Origin: a virus
Lineage: Duplodnaviria; Heunggongvirae; Uroviricota; Caudoviricetes
DNA: 40,147 nt
Strand: one strand, 5' to 3'
IMG/VR virus record: IMGVR_UViG_2778261267_000001
This document shows, one piece after another, positions 8,071-16,596 of this stretch (its first letter is position 1; every line of letters starts with the position of its first letter). A program made the position numbers and the translations under genes. Under the pieces are notes generated by a model. The model had not been told where the DNA came from. It worked only from the letters and a program-made list of their open reading frames with translations, and searched no databases.

Positions 8071-8147
8071 TTACCTTGCGGGTAATAAAATGTTCTAATT
8101 TCTATTGATTTCATGTCTTATGTGGTTTTTAATTACCTCAGAGGTAA
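8071..8147 (+). promoter_or_regulatory. Regulated internal promoter region: two perfect TTACC-N5-GGTAA palindromes flanking a TATGTGGTT element
   Basis: TTACCTTGCGGGTAA at 8071-8085, TATGTGGTT at 8119-8127, and TTACCTCAGAGGTAA at 8133-8147 (a perfect 15-bp palindrome overlapping the RBS of the 8151 gene). Confidence 0.6.
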
Positions 8148-8150
8148 ATC

Positions 8151-8495
8151 ATGAGAAAACAGATACAGGCTCTTGGTCGACTCAAAACAGGCCAGATGAA
8201 CAAAACAGAATCTGCGTATTGCCAGCACCTTGAGCTGCGTAAACGTGCAGGAGAAATCGTCTGGTATCGATTTGAGGGTATCAAGCTTCGGTTAGCTGAC
8301 AACACGTTCTATACGCCCGATTTTGCTGTGATGCTCGCCACCGGCGAGATGGAACTGCACGAAGTGAAAGGTTTCTGGACCGACGACGCCAGGGTGAAAA
8401 CCAAAGTCGCCGCAGATCAGTATCCGTTCCGAATCATTGGGGTAACGGTTAAACCAAAGAAAGCAGGTGGTGGCTGGAACATCGAAGAGTTCTGA
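8151..8495 (+). CDS. DUF1064-like phage protein (putative PD-(D/E)XK-type nuclease / resolvase-like)
   Basis: 114-aa ORF with a D...ELHEVKG segment (D-x(n)-E-x-K) typical of small phage nuclease-fold proteins. Confidence 0.5.
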   Translation: MRKQIQALGRLKTGQMNKTESAYCQHLELRKRAGEIVWYRFEGIKLRLADNTFYTPDFAVMLATGEMELHEVKGFWTDDARVKTKVAADQYPFRIIGVTVKPKKAGGGWNIEEF

Positions 8496-8556
8496 ATCGA
8501 CGATCTTTTTAGTTATCAATGTAATCAATAAGTTATGTGGATAAGCGAGGGTAAAG

Positions 8557-9201
8557 ATGGAAATTAATATCAAAGGATTAGTTGCCGCCGGGCATGAGAT
8601 GGCTTCGGAACTGAAAGCTGAATGTGGTGCCGTTGATATGCGTAGTGTGGCAAAGCTGCTCAGCGATTTGGCAACGCAACTGGAAGTGCAACTGGCGCGT
8701 GCTAATGCGCTGGCCGAAGACCAGCAGAAAGCGATTGAGTCAATTAAGCAGGCTGATTCGGCCGTTAAGTTGGCGCACGAGAAGTTTTCAGCGCTGGCGG
8801 CGGAGAATGAGGCGTTGAAGTCGAACCTGATTTACTGGGGCGGCGAAGATTCAGGGCCTGTCAGAAGCCCGCTTGATTACGCCCATGAAGCCGGGCTGGA
8901 ATCTGGAGAGGAGTTTGAGATGCAAGTGGCAGCCAGAATGCCGAACCTGACTTATCGCGTTGTGTCCAGTTCCCGGTTCAAAACAGAAATAGAACTGATT
9001 GGCGGATTATTGCCGGAAACCCCAGCCACCGATGCTTTCCTGGCTGAAGTGCGGGCGCAGGCGTTTAATGACCTTTGCTCGGCGTTCGTTAAACACGCGA
9101 ATTTCGCGGGAATGGATGATGGTGAGCTAGTGAGGCTTAAATATGCGACGGACGCCCTGCTGCATTGTGCGGAACAGCTTCGCAAAGGAGGCAACCAGTG
9201 A
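8557..9201 (+). CDS. Hypothetical coiled-coil phage protein (214 aa)
   Basis: ORF with RBS (GAGGG) and a heptad-rich, alanine/glutamate-rich N-terminal half. Confidence 0.55.
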   Translation: MEINIKGLVAAGHEMASELKAECGAVDMRSVAKLLSDLATQLEVQLARANALAEDQQKAIESIKQADSAVKLAHEKFSALAAENEALKSNLIYWGGEDSGPVRSPLDYAHEAGLESGEEFEMQVAARMPNLTYRVVSSSRFKTEIELIGGLLPETPATDAFLAEVRAQAFNDLCSAFVKHANFAGMDDGELVRLKYATDALLHCAEQLRKGGNQ

Positions 9202-9743
9202 GTGTAACGGTTGAAAAGATTGATGTGTTGTCATTCGTTATAACCGGTGCAGAGAGACTAGATCCGATTCGAGTGATGATTGAAAACTACGAACCTGGTA
9301 AGGGAAGAATCACCATCACCTGCTACGGAAAAGCGTGGACTGCGGCTTGGTTTGCTATGGGCGGTGATGATGTGCAGACGTTCATTAAGCGAGTCAGCAA
9401 CGACTATCTAATCGACAATTTCGACCCTCAACTGCTAAGCACGGTCGACGATGACAACGATGCAAATCTGCTTTTCGTGAAGTCAGAAATCATAAAGTTA
9501 CGAAGAGAGAGAGAAATCGACGCCGTACTGGCTCGCGAAATGTGGGACGAGGCGGAAAACGCCGATGACGTAAAAGAAAGCTGCTGCTGTTTCGGCGTCG
9601 GTAACAAACTACTGAATCTCTTTGGTGATGATCCGTGGTGTGCCAACTGGCCAACGATACCAAACCCGAAATACCAGTATCTGGAACGCGTACTTAATGC
9701 AGTGAGAGACGGCCTTAAGCAAATAGAGAAGGTGGAACCATGA
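9198..9743 (+). CDS. Hypothetical phage protein (181 aa from the GTG start)
   Basis: AAAGGAGG RBS at 9185-9192 precedes the GTG at 9198, which overlaps the upstream stop; the track's longer start at 9165 is rejected. Confidence 0.55.
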   Translation: MSVTVEKIDVLSFVITGAERLDPIRVMIENYEPGKGRITITCYGKAWTAAWFAMGGDDVQTFIKRVSNDYLIDNFDPQLLSTVDDDNDANLLFVKSEIIKLRREREIDAVLAREMWDEAENADDVKESCCCFGVGNKLLNLFGDDPWCANWPTIPNPKYQYLERVLNAVRDGLKQIEKVEP

Positions 9744-10039
9744 CTGTATGTCTTATTGATAAACGTCGACGTGGGCAACAAATACCATCTGTTGAAATTC
9801 CGAATCACACATGGTTTTGCGTACTTGATATCGATGGTATGGATACGTTGATCGACACTCGTCATTACTGCGATACCGCAACAGCTACTCCTGCAAAAGC
9901 AAAGAAAATGGCTGCTCTGATAGAAAACTGGACTCCACCTGATGGTTGGTGCAATGGGAATGATCGAGATTGGCACGAAAAAATGAAGGGCTACATCTGC
10001 GATTTCTTACGTAAATGCAACGGATTCAGGGTGATGTGA
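9740..10039 (+). CDS. Hypothetical phage protein (99 aa)
   Basis: ORF with 4-nt start/stop overlap with the upstream gene; no motif recognised. Confidence 0.5.
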   Translation: MTVCLIDKRRRGQQIPSVEIPNHTWFCVLDIDGMDTLIDTRHYCDTATATPAKAKKMAALIENWTPPDGWCNGNDRDWHEKMKGYICDFLRKCNGFRVM

Positions 10040-10040
10040 C

Positions 10041-10757
10041 ATGAGCAAGATTGACTATCAGGCACTGCGTGAGGTGGCAGAGCGTGCAATTCCGGCAATG
10101 GAACGCCTGTTAATGTTGCCAGTTGATGATGATTTGTTAACTGAACAGGAACTTAAGGATTACGGTGTGGATATTGATGCGCTCAATGCCTTCAAATTTC
10201 TGACCGGACCAGAAACCGTGCTGGCGCTGCTGGATGAACGGGAAAGAAACCAGCAATACATCAAACGCCGTGACCAGGAGAACGAGGAAATTGCGCTAAC
10301 GGTAGGGAAGCTGCGTGTTGAGCTGGAAGCCGCAGAGAACAACCTTATTGATAGTGAGTGCCATGTTGCTGAACTGGAAGAAGCGCTACGCGATAAGCAG
10401 GCGTTACCTGAAGCATCAGAGAAGCACATAGCAGAACTGGAAACAAAAGCGAACCAGCAAACCAGAATAAGCGATAAGGGGCTGACAAAGCTGATTGCCG
10501 ATGCTGACAAAATGCTGGGTATGCGTTCGCCGGTTATAGGCAGCGAGTGGTGGACGCTTTTACGGCAGTTCCTGATTGAACTTCAGGATCGCCGCAGAAA
10601 CAGCATTTCTGAATCTGGAATCCGTGCTGAAACCCTGAATGATTTAATCCGACATATTGACAGAAACCTGGATATTGACGCGATGAAATCGCCGTTTGAA
10701 CTGTCATCTGAAATTGTGGATTACGTTAATAGGCAACTGCACAAGGATAATTCGTAA
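10041..10757 (+). CDS. Hypothetical coiled-coil protein (Ea22-like character)
   Basis: 238-aa ORF with a long central coiled-coil-like segment (LRVELEAAENNLIDSECHVAELEEALRDKQ). Confidence 0.55.
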   Translation: MSKIDYQALREVAERAIPAMERLLMLPVDDDLLTEQELKDYGVDIDALNAFKFLTGPETVLALLDERERNQQYIKRRDQENEEIALTVGKLRVELEAAENNLIDSECHVAELEEALRDKQALPEASEKHIAELETKANQQTRISDKGLTKLIADADKMLGMRSPVIGSEWWTLLRQFLIELQDRRRNSISESGIRAETLNDLIRHIDRNLDIDAMKSPFELSSEIVDYVNRQLHKDNS

Positions 10758-11119
10758 TGCAGGTGGCATTTGTTGGCCTGTTACCGCATCCGATCCGCCT
10801 TTGGGCGGATATGTCACTCATAAAAACGCATTTTTTTACTACTGATGGCGGCATTCCGGCACCAAAGCGCCGTCATACCGGTATTGCAGCGGCACGACGA
10901 GCAGCAAAGAGACGCAGGAGAGCAAAGCGATGAAAAACCGTAAAGCAAAGATTCTGTTAGTTCGTAGAAACGCTCCTGGCGTCTGGTAGTGGGTGAGACT
11001 CAGCAACCGACGGATGGGGTTGATGAAATATTACGGGATGATGGATTGTGGTTTTTGCAAAAAGCCCAGCGCGGCGCAAAACCGCTGGAAAAACCACTTG
11101 CGCACTAAAGGAGAGTGAT

Positions 11120-11635
11120 ATGGCGTTAACACACCGCGAACTCTGTCAGATTGCGTATAAGTTCCTTAAGCGCAACGGGTTCAAGGTTTGTTTTCATGAC
11201 CGCTTTATAGCTGTAACCAGTACCGGAGAACAGCCAGATGCTATTGGATTCAGAAATTCAGCATCATGCCTGATAGAGGCGAAGTGTTCTCGTGCTGACT
11301 TGTTGGCAGATAGAAAAAAGCGTTTTCGTAAAAATCCATCTCTTGGAATGGGCGACTGGCGATTCTTTATTAGTGAGCCGGGAATTATTTCAGTTGAGGA
11401 TTTACCACCTGGCTGGGGATTACTTCACGTTGTTAACGGAAGAGTACGGAAAGTACATGGGTGGCCCAAGGGTAATTGCTGTTGGGGTAATCCTGACGAT
11501 AAGCCATTTACTGGAAATAAGCAGGTTGAATGCGATTACATGTTATCTGCATTAAGGCGCATGGAGTTGAGAGGGCACCTTAATGAAATATATGACGGTG
11601 TAATTGTTAATAAGAAAGAAGGAAACGCGGCATGA
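11120..11635 (+). CDS. MmcB-like PD-(D/E)XK nuclease-fold protein
   Basis: 171 aa from the ATG at 11120 with AAGGAGAG RBS. Contains a PD...E.K arrangement (QPDAIGF ... LIEAKCSRADLLAD) followed by WRFFISEP, as in MmcB/DUF1052-type proteins. Local AT enrichment. Confidence 0.55.
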   Translation: MALTHRELCQIAYKFLKRNGFKVCFHDRFIAVTSTGEQPDAIGFRNSASCLIEAKCSRADLLADRKKRFRKNPSLGMGDWRFFISEPGIISVEDLPPGWGLLHVVNGRVRKVHGWPKGNCCWGNPDDKPFTGNKQVECDYMLSALRRMELRGHLNEIYDGVIVNKKEGNAA

Positions 11636-12450
11636 TCACTATTACCAATAAGAAACAGTATCCCAGCGAGCAATATCTTAATGAGCTGATCACCAACATA
11701 GAGTTTGCTGCAAGGGCACCAGTTGAAGTCGTGAGAGCAATGGCAGCAGAGCTACAGAAGCGGCGCGAAGCTGATAGCGCAGAACCAGTTGCTTATATTT
11801 TCAAACATCCGGCCGGGAAATTATTCTGGGCTTTAACGGATGAAAGTAATAAAGAGCAAGCGGACGTTATTCCTGTTTATGCCGCCCCTCCAGTGCCAGT
11901 AGTACCTGAAGAAAAACCAATGCCTAACCCTCTTAAAATGTACGCGGTCGATGCTGTTGCCGCTATTGCAGAGGTGAGAGGCTGGAATGCCTGCCGCGCC
12001 GCCATGCTTCAGGGTAGCCAACCTGTAAGCCAAACTTACAACTTGCCAGAATTAATCGAAGGCATGGAAGTTTCCATTGATGTAAGCACTTGTGATGCTG
12101 ATTTAGGTAATCGCTATTTCGGCACCGTCACCGAGGCGTTAGAACTTGATACAGCCAAGAATGGCTACATCCTCCTGATTCAGGACGCAGAGCCAAACTT
12201 CGATGTAAATGGCAACTCTCCGGTAACTCCGGATGGTTGGATAAGCTGTAGTGAGCGAATGCCGGAAGACACCAAAATGTTACTGGCATTTAGTCAAGGT
12301 GAAATCGTGGCCGCATATTGGAACTGGGTTGTAAATCCAATTGATTACAAAAAATATAGAGCTTTCACGTATTTATCAGGACATATCTTGGATGACGTAA
12401 CTCACTGGATGCCGCTACCGGAACCGCCGCAGGAGGTTAACCGTGGCTAA
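11632..12450 (+). CDS. DUF551-domain phage protein
   Basis: 272-aa ORF; C-terminal segment WISCSERMPE...THWMPLPEPP matches the DUF551 pattern common in enterobacterial prophages. Confidence 0.6.
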   Translation: MITITNKKQYPSEQYLNELITNIEFAARAPVEVVRAMAAELQKRREADSAEPVAYIFKHPAGKLFWALTDESNKEQADVIPVYAAPPVPVVPEEKPMPNPLKMYAVDAVAAIAEVRGWNACRAAMLQGSQPVSQTYNLPELIEGMEVSIDVSTCDADLGNRYFGTVTEALELDTAKNGYILLIQDAEPNFDVNGNSPVTPDGWISCSERMPEDTKMLLAFSQGEIVAAYWNWVVNPIDYKKYRAFTYLSGHILDDVTHWMPLPEPPQEVNRG

Positions 12451-12724
12451 CCTGCAACTTGCCGTCAAAGGTGAATACTTCGATGCCATGATTCGCAGAG
12501 AGAAAACGGAAGAGTATCGCCTGTGTAATGACTACTGGAATAAGCGAATTATGTTCCGGGAGTATGACCGCCTGATTATCACAAAGGGATATCCGAAGCG
12601 CGACGATTCCAGCCGCAGAATTGATGTTCCGTATGACGGATATGAAATCAAGACAATCACACATCCCCACTTCGGCGATAAACCGGTAAAGGTGTTCGCG
12701 ATAAAGGTGAATATTGATGGCTAA
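12443..12724 (+). CDS. ASCH-domain-like small protein
   Basis: 93-aa ORF with GTG start overlapping the upstream stop; N-terminal LQLAVKGEYFDAMIRREKTEEYR resembles ASCH-domain openings. Confidence 0.5.
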   Translation: MANLQLAVKGEYFDAMIRREKTEEYRLCNDYWNKRIMFREYDRLIITKGYPKRDDSSRRIDVPYDGYEIKTITHPHFGDKPVKVFAIKVNIDG

Positions 12725-13055
12725 ATCAGCAGCAGAGCGCAAAGCCGCTCAGAGAGCCAGACAAGCTGAATCCGGTGTGCGTAAGCTGGAAATTGTGCTT
12801 GATGCTCAGGAAATTGAAATGCTGGAGCGTAACTGTGCCACGCGTCGCCCCGGGCGCGCGCCTTACGAATTTGGTGAGTATATAGCGTTACTGATCCGCC
12901 AGGATGATGCACGCGTGCGCGGGCGTATAAAATCGATCAGCAGAAAACGTTGCGGTAAGTGCGGCGAGAGAGTTCCTGTGAATTCATGCCCGTGTAATGG
13001 TGACTCGCAATGCTGGGTGACCAAAGGCTGGCATGAAACGAAATTAATAGTGTGA
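12717..13055 (+). CDS. Hypothetical protein with Cys-rich C-terminus (candidate zinc-binding regulator)
   Basis: 112 aa from ATG 12717; C-terminal CGKCGERVPVNSCPCNGDSQCW cysteine cluster. Confidence 0.5.
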   Translation: MAKSAAERKAAQRARQAESGVRKLEIVLDAQEIEMLERNCATRRPGRAPYEFGEYIALLIRQDDARVRGRIKSISRKRCGKCGERVPVNSCPCNGDSQCWVTKGWHETKLIV

Positions 13056-13072
13056 CATGTCACGAAGGTGTT

Positions 13073-13285
13073 ATGCCAAAAATACGCTACGACCTTGAAG
13101 ATATGAGAGATAACTCAGCAAATTTTCCGAAAGAGGTTAAATTTCTCATGCATAAGTATGGTTGCGCCAGGAGGGATATAGTTATCGACAGTCAGCACCC
13201 TTGCGGCGAGGATGTAATTTTCATTCGCGGTAAATGGGAAGGGTATCTTGACGAGAGTTTTTACGATGAATTTGATGGACTTTGA
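13073..13285 (+). CDS. Hypothetical small protein (70 aa)
   Basis: ORF with GAAGGTG RBS before the ATG at 13073; last gene before a strong terminator. Confidence 0.45.
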   Translation: MPKIRYDLEDMRDNSANFPKEVKFLMHKYGCARRDIVIDSQHPCGEDVIFIRGKWEGYLDESFYDEFDGL

Positions 13286-13290
13286 ATACT

Positions 13291-13317
13291 GCCGCCAACT
13301 ATGGCGGCTTTATTTTG
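13291..13317 (+). terminator. Intrinsic terminator immediately upstream of the small terminase gene
   Basis: GCCGCC-AACTAT-GGCGGC hairpin followed by TTTATTTT; lies inside the track's N-terminal extension of the terS ORF. Confidence 0.7.
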
Positions 13318-13359
13318 CATGGTACTATTACCACAACGGTAACTATTACCACGGTGGTT

Positions 13360-13956
13360 ATGATGCCTGCTGAACCTAAAACCTATAAACGCAAATCAAC
13401 GCAATTTAAGCCACTAACAGCAATGCAGGAGGCTTATTGCCAGTCATACATCAAAACGCCTGAAAACCAGACTCAGGCAGCGATTAACGCAGGATTCTCC
13501 CCAAATACAGCGGCAGTTAAAGCCAGTGTCATGATGCGCGATGAACGCATTCAAAAACGGATTGCCGAGTTGATGGAGGAGCGCAACAAACGAATGCGCG
13601 TCAGTGCTGATTACGTTCTCATGCGCCTGGTGGAGATCGACCAGATGGACGTGATCGACATCCTCAACGACGATGGGAGCCTTAAACCAATCCGTGAGTG
13701 GCCGAAAATCTGGCGCACTACGCTTAGCGGCTTTGATCTGTCATCGACCATCATGAACATGAACGAGGATTCGATAGAGACAATCCTCAAAAAAATTAAA
13801 TGGCCTGACAAGGTGAAGAACCTTGAGCTGATTGGTAAGCATGTTGATGTCAACGCGTTCAAAGAACGCCTGGATGTTAATGTGAATGTGACAATTGCTG
13901 ATCGCATAGCGGCAGCCAGGAAGAGACTGAAAGAACGTCAGGATGGCAATCAGTGA
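13360..13956 (+). CDS. Terminase small subunit
   Basis: 198 aa from the MMPAEPK start (RBS GGTGG); helix-rich small protein immediately upstream of and overlapping the large terminase. Confidence 0.7.
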   Translation: MMPAEPKTYKRKSTQFKPLTAMQEAYCQSYIKTPENQTQAAINAGFSPNTAAVKASVMMRDERIQKRIAELMEERNKRMRVSADYVLMRLVEIDQMDVIDILNDDGSLKPIREWPKIWRTTLSGFDLSSTIMNMNEDSIETILKKIKWPDKVKNLELIGKHVDVNAFKERLDVNVNVTIADRIAAARKRLKERQDGNQ

Positions 13957-15428
13957 CAGATACAGCGTTATCTCCTGAAGAGCAGTTGATCGAGGATATT
14001 GCAGGGTTCACTCACGATCCGCTTGGCTATGCCCTCTATGCGTTCCCGTGGGGGGAAGAGGGGACTGAACTGGCACATGCTACCGGCCCACGTCAGTGGC
14101 AGGCCGATGCGTTCCGAGAGATACGTGATCACCTGCAGAATCCAGAGACGCGCTATCAGCCGCTTATGCTGGCACGCGCTTCTGGTCACGGTATTGGTAA
14201 ATCCGCATTCATCTCAATGCTGATCAACTGGGGCATGTCCACTTGTGAGGATTGTAAGGTCGTGGTGACCGCCAACACCGACAACCAGCTACGAACGAAG
14301 ACTTGGCCGGAAATTATCAAGTGGTCGAACCTTGCTATCACGAAAGACTGGTTTACCTGTACCGCTACCGCGATGTACAGCAATGATCCTGGACACGACA
14401 AGCGGTGGCGAGCTGACGCAATCCCCTGGTCTGAGCACAACACTGAGGCATTCGCCGGACTACACAACGAGCGCAAACGCATCATCGTGGTATTCGATGA
14501 AGCGTCGAACATTGCGGATCTGGTGTGGGAGGTAGCAGAGGGTGCGCTGACGGACGAAGACACCGAAATCATCTGGGTGGCGTTCGGGAACCCGACGCGT
14601 AATACCGGACGTTTCCGCGAATGTTTCCGCAAATATAAACACCGCTGGAAAACTGCGCAGATTGACAGCCGGACGGTGGAAGGCACTAACAAACAGCAGT
14701 TGCAGAAATGGGTTGATGACTACGGGGAAGACAGCGACTTCGTTAAAATCCGTGTGCGTGGCATATTCCCTGATGCATCTGAATTGCAGTTTATCCCTAC
14801 CGGTCTTACTGACGAGGCAATGAAACGGGTGGTAACCGCTGCGCAGGTTGCACATGCTCCGGTGATAATCGGCGTTGACCCGGCATACTCCGGCGTTGAT
14901 GACGCTGTGATATACCTGCGGCAGGGGCTGCACAGTAAGGTGCTATGGACTGGTAACAAGACCACCGACGATCTGATTATGGCGAAGCGTATCGCTGACT
15001 TTGAAGACCAGTATCAGGCTGACGCAGTGTTCATCGACTTTGGTTACGGTACCGGTCTGAAGTCAATCGGTGACGGCTGGGGTCGTACATGGCAACTTGT
15101 TCCGTTCGGCGGTGCGTCTACTGACCCGCAGATGCTCAATAAGCGCGGGGAGATGTTCAATGCATGCAAGACATGGCTGAGGCTGGGCGGCATGCTGGAT
15201 GACCAGGAAACAGCGGACGACCTGTCGGCGGCAGAGTACAAAGTTCGAGTGGACGGTAAAATCGTTATCGAACCGAAGGAAGATATCAAGGAGCGGCTTG
15301 GGCGTTCGCCGGGTAAAGGCGATGCGCTACTGCTGACGTTTGCGTTCCCTGTGTCTAAGCGTCTGCGAATTCCCGGGCAGCAGAACCAGCAAGGCAAGGC
15401 CATCACAGATTACGATCCCTATGCTTAA
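13953..15428 (+). CDS. Terminase large subunit
   Basis: 491-aa ORF with a Walker A-like ATPase motif (ARASGHGIGKS) and a C-terminal nuclease-type region; position after terS. Confidence 0.88.
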   Translation: MTDTALSPEEQLIEDIAGFTHDPLGYALYAFPWGEEGTELAHATGPRQWQADAFREIRDHLQNPETRYQPLMLARASGHGIGKSAFISMLINWGMSTCEDCKVVVTANTDNQLRTKTWPEIIKWSNLAITKDWFTCTATAMYSNDPGHDKRWRADAIPWSEHNTEAFAGLHNERKRIIVVFDEASNIADLVWEVAEGALTDEDTEIIWVAFGNPTRNTGRFRECFRKYKHRWKTAQIDSRTVEGTNKQQLQKWVDDYGEDSDFVKIRVRGIFPDASELQFIPTGLTDEAMKRVVTAAQVAHAPVIIGVDPAYSGVDDAVIYLRQGLHSKVLWTGNKTTDDLIMAKRIADFEDQYQADAVFIDFGYGTGLKSIGDGWGRTWQLVPFGGASTDPQMLNKRGEMFNACKTWLRLGGMLDDQETADDLSAAEYKVRVDGKIVIEPKEDIKERLGRSPGKGDALLLTFAFPVSKRLRIPGQQNQQGKAITDYDPYA

Positions 15429-15475
15429 TCCGCTTTAGGGGATAATGTCGTTGATATCCTCTGATGAGGATAAAA

Positions 15476-15505
15476 CAAAGCCAGCTCATAGGCTGGCTGT
15501 TTGTG
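15476..15505. terminator. Bidirectional terminator between the terminase operon and the convergent moron gene
   Basis: AGCCAGC-TCATAG-GCTGGCT hairpin flanked by A-rich sequence on one side and T-rich on the other. Confidence 0.65.
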
Positions 15506-15518
15506 ATATGTCACGGTG

Positions 15519-15890
15519 TTATTGCTCGCTTAACTTCTGCTTCAGCAAGTAACCTTCAAGCATCCAGATTTTGTTTACGGCATTCTGTCTGGCAATCTTC
15601 CGACCAATTTCTGCATCAAAGTTTTCCGGGCTTGCACAGGCGCTATATCCGGTGACGGTGAAGCCGTTGCGCAGCACCAGGACGCAGAACGTCAGCAGAG
15701 AAAGTGATTCGTGCGGCTGGTAGTTTACCTCTCCGCCAGTATGTTTCGCTTTTATGGCTACGCCAAAGGCACCATCTTCTGCTGTGAAATATGCCTCCTG
15801 AGCAATAATGCTCTCGATATGGTCTGGCGTAACGCGCGGCGCGGCTAAACCTTTAGCCTGAATTTCAGATTCAATGTCTTTGTCACTCAT
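15519..15890 (-). CDS. Reverse-oriented moron protein (possibly Phage_gp49_66-family; uncharacterised)
   Basis: 123-aa ORF on the opposite strand to the late genes, with AAGGTGAG RBS and terminators on both sides. Family name is from memory of similar prophage proteins and is unverified. Confidence 0.55.
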   Translation of the reverse strand: MSDKDIESEIQAKGLAAPRVTPDHIESIIAQEAYFTAEDGAFGVAIKAKHTGGEVNYQPHESLSLLTFCVLVLRNGFTVTGYSACASPENFDAEIGRKIARQNAVNKIWMLEGYLLKQKLSEQ

Positions 15891-15905
15891 AGTCTAATCT
15901 CACCT

Positions 15906-15930
15906 TAAAAAAATGCCCGGCGAACCGGGC
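15906..15930 (-). terminator. Intrinsic terminator downstream of the tRNA gene (minus strand)
   Basis: GCCCGG-CGAA-CCGGGC hairpin followed on the minus strand by a run of seven T (plus-strand A-run at 15907-15913). Confidence 0.6.
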
Positions 15931-16093
15931 GAACTGGAAGCAATGAGTTATGCCTTCCGTGGTTGTACTGGTTTACAGCATGAAGTCATCGCAATGGCGT
16001 CCTGCTGTAAAAAGGGCGGTGATGGTTTACCTTGAAGGACTATCACCGCCAAGCCCCTGGAACTTCTGGCATCACGGTCCTTAGGCGTGATTC

Positions 16094-16170
16094 TGGCGTG
16101 GCATGCAGGATTCGAACCTGCGACCAACCGCTTAGAAGGCGGTTGCTCTGTCCAACTGAGCTAATGCCAC
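16094..16170 (-). tRNA. tRNA-Arg (anticodon UCU, decodes AGA)
   Basis: 77-nt cloverleaf folded by hand: acceptor GTGGCAT/ATGCCAC, D-stem GCTC/GAGC, anticodon stem ACCGC/GCGGT with loop CTTCTAA (anticodon TCT), T-arm GCAGG-TTCGAAT-CCTGC, discriminator G, encoded CCA. Confidence 0.85.
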
Positions 16171-16491
16171 AACGCTGAGAGCACTTAGCCTGTTAAGGCG
16201 CCACACTTTGTCGCGGCTCCATAAATGCTCTCATCGTTGTACCCTCGTCTCTTCCGAGGCGTCACACCGAATCGCCGGGATGGTGAATCCCCGTACGCGG
16301 AATAAAACCGCTCGACTTGCACATTCCGGCTACCTGGTTCGTTGCCCGAGCAAGGGAGGGTGCCCCTTAAACGTATCCAGACCGCTATCGGCGCATGTGC
16401 CATACGCCGTACTGCTCAAAATAAAAGCTCACTCCACCTGTTCAATTTAACGACAAGCCAGTCAGGTTAGTAACCGGAATGAACTCTTTGG

Positions 16492-16569
16492 TTACCCAAA
16501 AGGTAATAATTCGTGCGTTAAATGTCAACTACCTACGATAAATAAATCATATGTGGTTAAATTGGTAAT
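16492..16569 (+). promoter_or_regulatory. Candidate late promoter region: TTACC-N5-GGTAA palindrome plus TATGTGGTT-N5-GGTAAT element
   Basis: TTACCCAAAAGGTAA at 16492-16506; TATGTGGTT at 16550-16558 followed by GGTAAT at 16564-16569; about 30 bp upstream of the first virion-block gene. Confidence 0.55.
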
Positions 16570-16596
16570 AATTTAATTGCGTACGGAGTCATTGAT

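Noticed and set aside
8133-8147. Interpretation of TTACCTCAGAGGTAA purely as an RNA hairpin sequestering the Shine-Dalgarno
   Set aside because: As RNA the perfect palindrome would leave a 1-nt loop, which cannot fold; the recurrence of the same half-sites at six other loci with different spacers favours a DNA-level protein-binding site, though overlap with the RBS may still matter.
10160-10510. 116-aa Ser-rich minus-strand ORF inside the 10041-10757 gene
   Set aside because: Shadow ORF created by the GAA/GCT-rich coiled-coil coding sequence on the other strand.
10757-10933. 58-aa ORF with an extremely basic C-terminus (AAARRAAKRRRRAKR) in the 360-bp gap after the coiled-coil gene
   Set aside because: No RBS and an implausible composition; kept only as a remote possibility for a small nucleic-acid-binding peptide.
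11048-11119. Upstream GTG start of the MmcB-like gene
   Set aside because: No RBS; the ATG at 11120 has a strong AAGGAGAG Shine-Dalgarno.
13282-13359. N-terminal extension of the terS ORF (track start at 13282)
   Set aside because: The extension contains an intrinsic terminator hairpin and encodes a Thr/Ile repeat; the RBS-supported start is at 13360.
16185-16450. Two mutually overlapping ORFs (72 and 80 aa) upstream of the tRNA
   Set aside because: Opposite-strand overlap, no RBS, Arg/Ser/Cys-rich translations; region more likely non-coding regulatory or RNA sequence.
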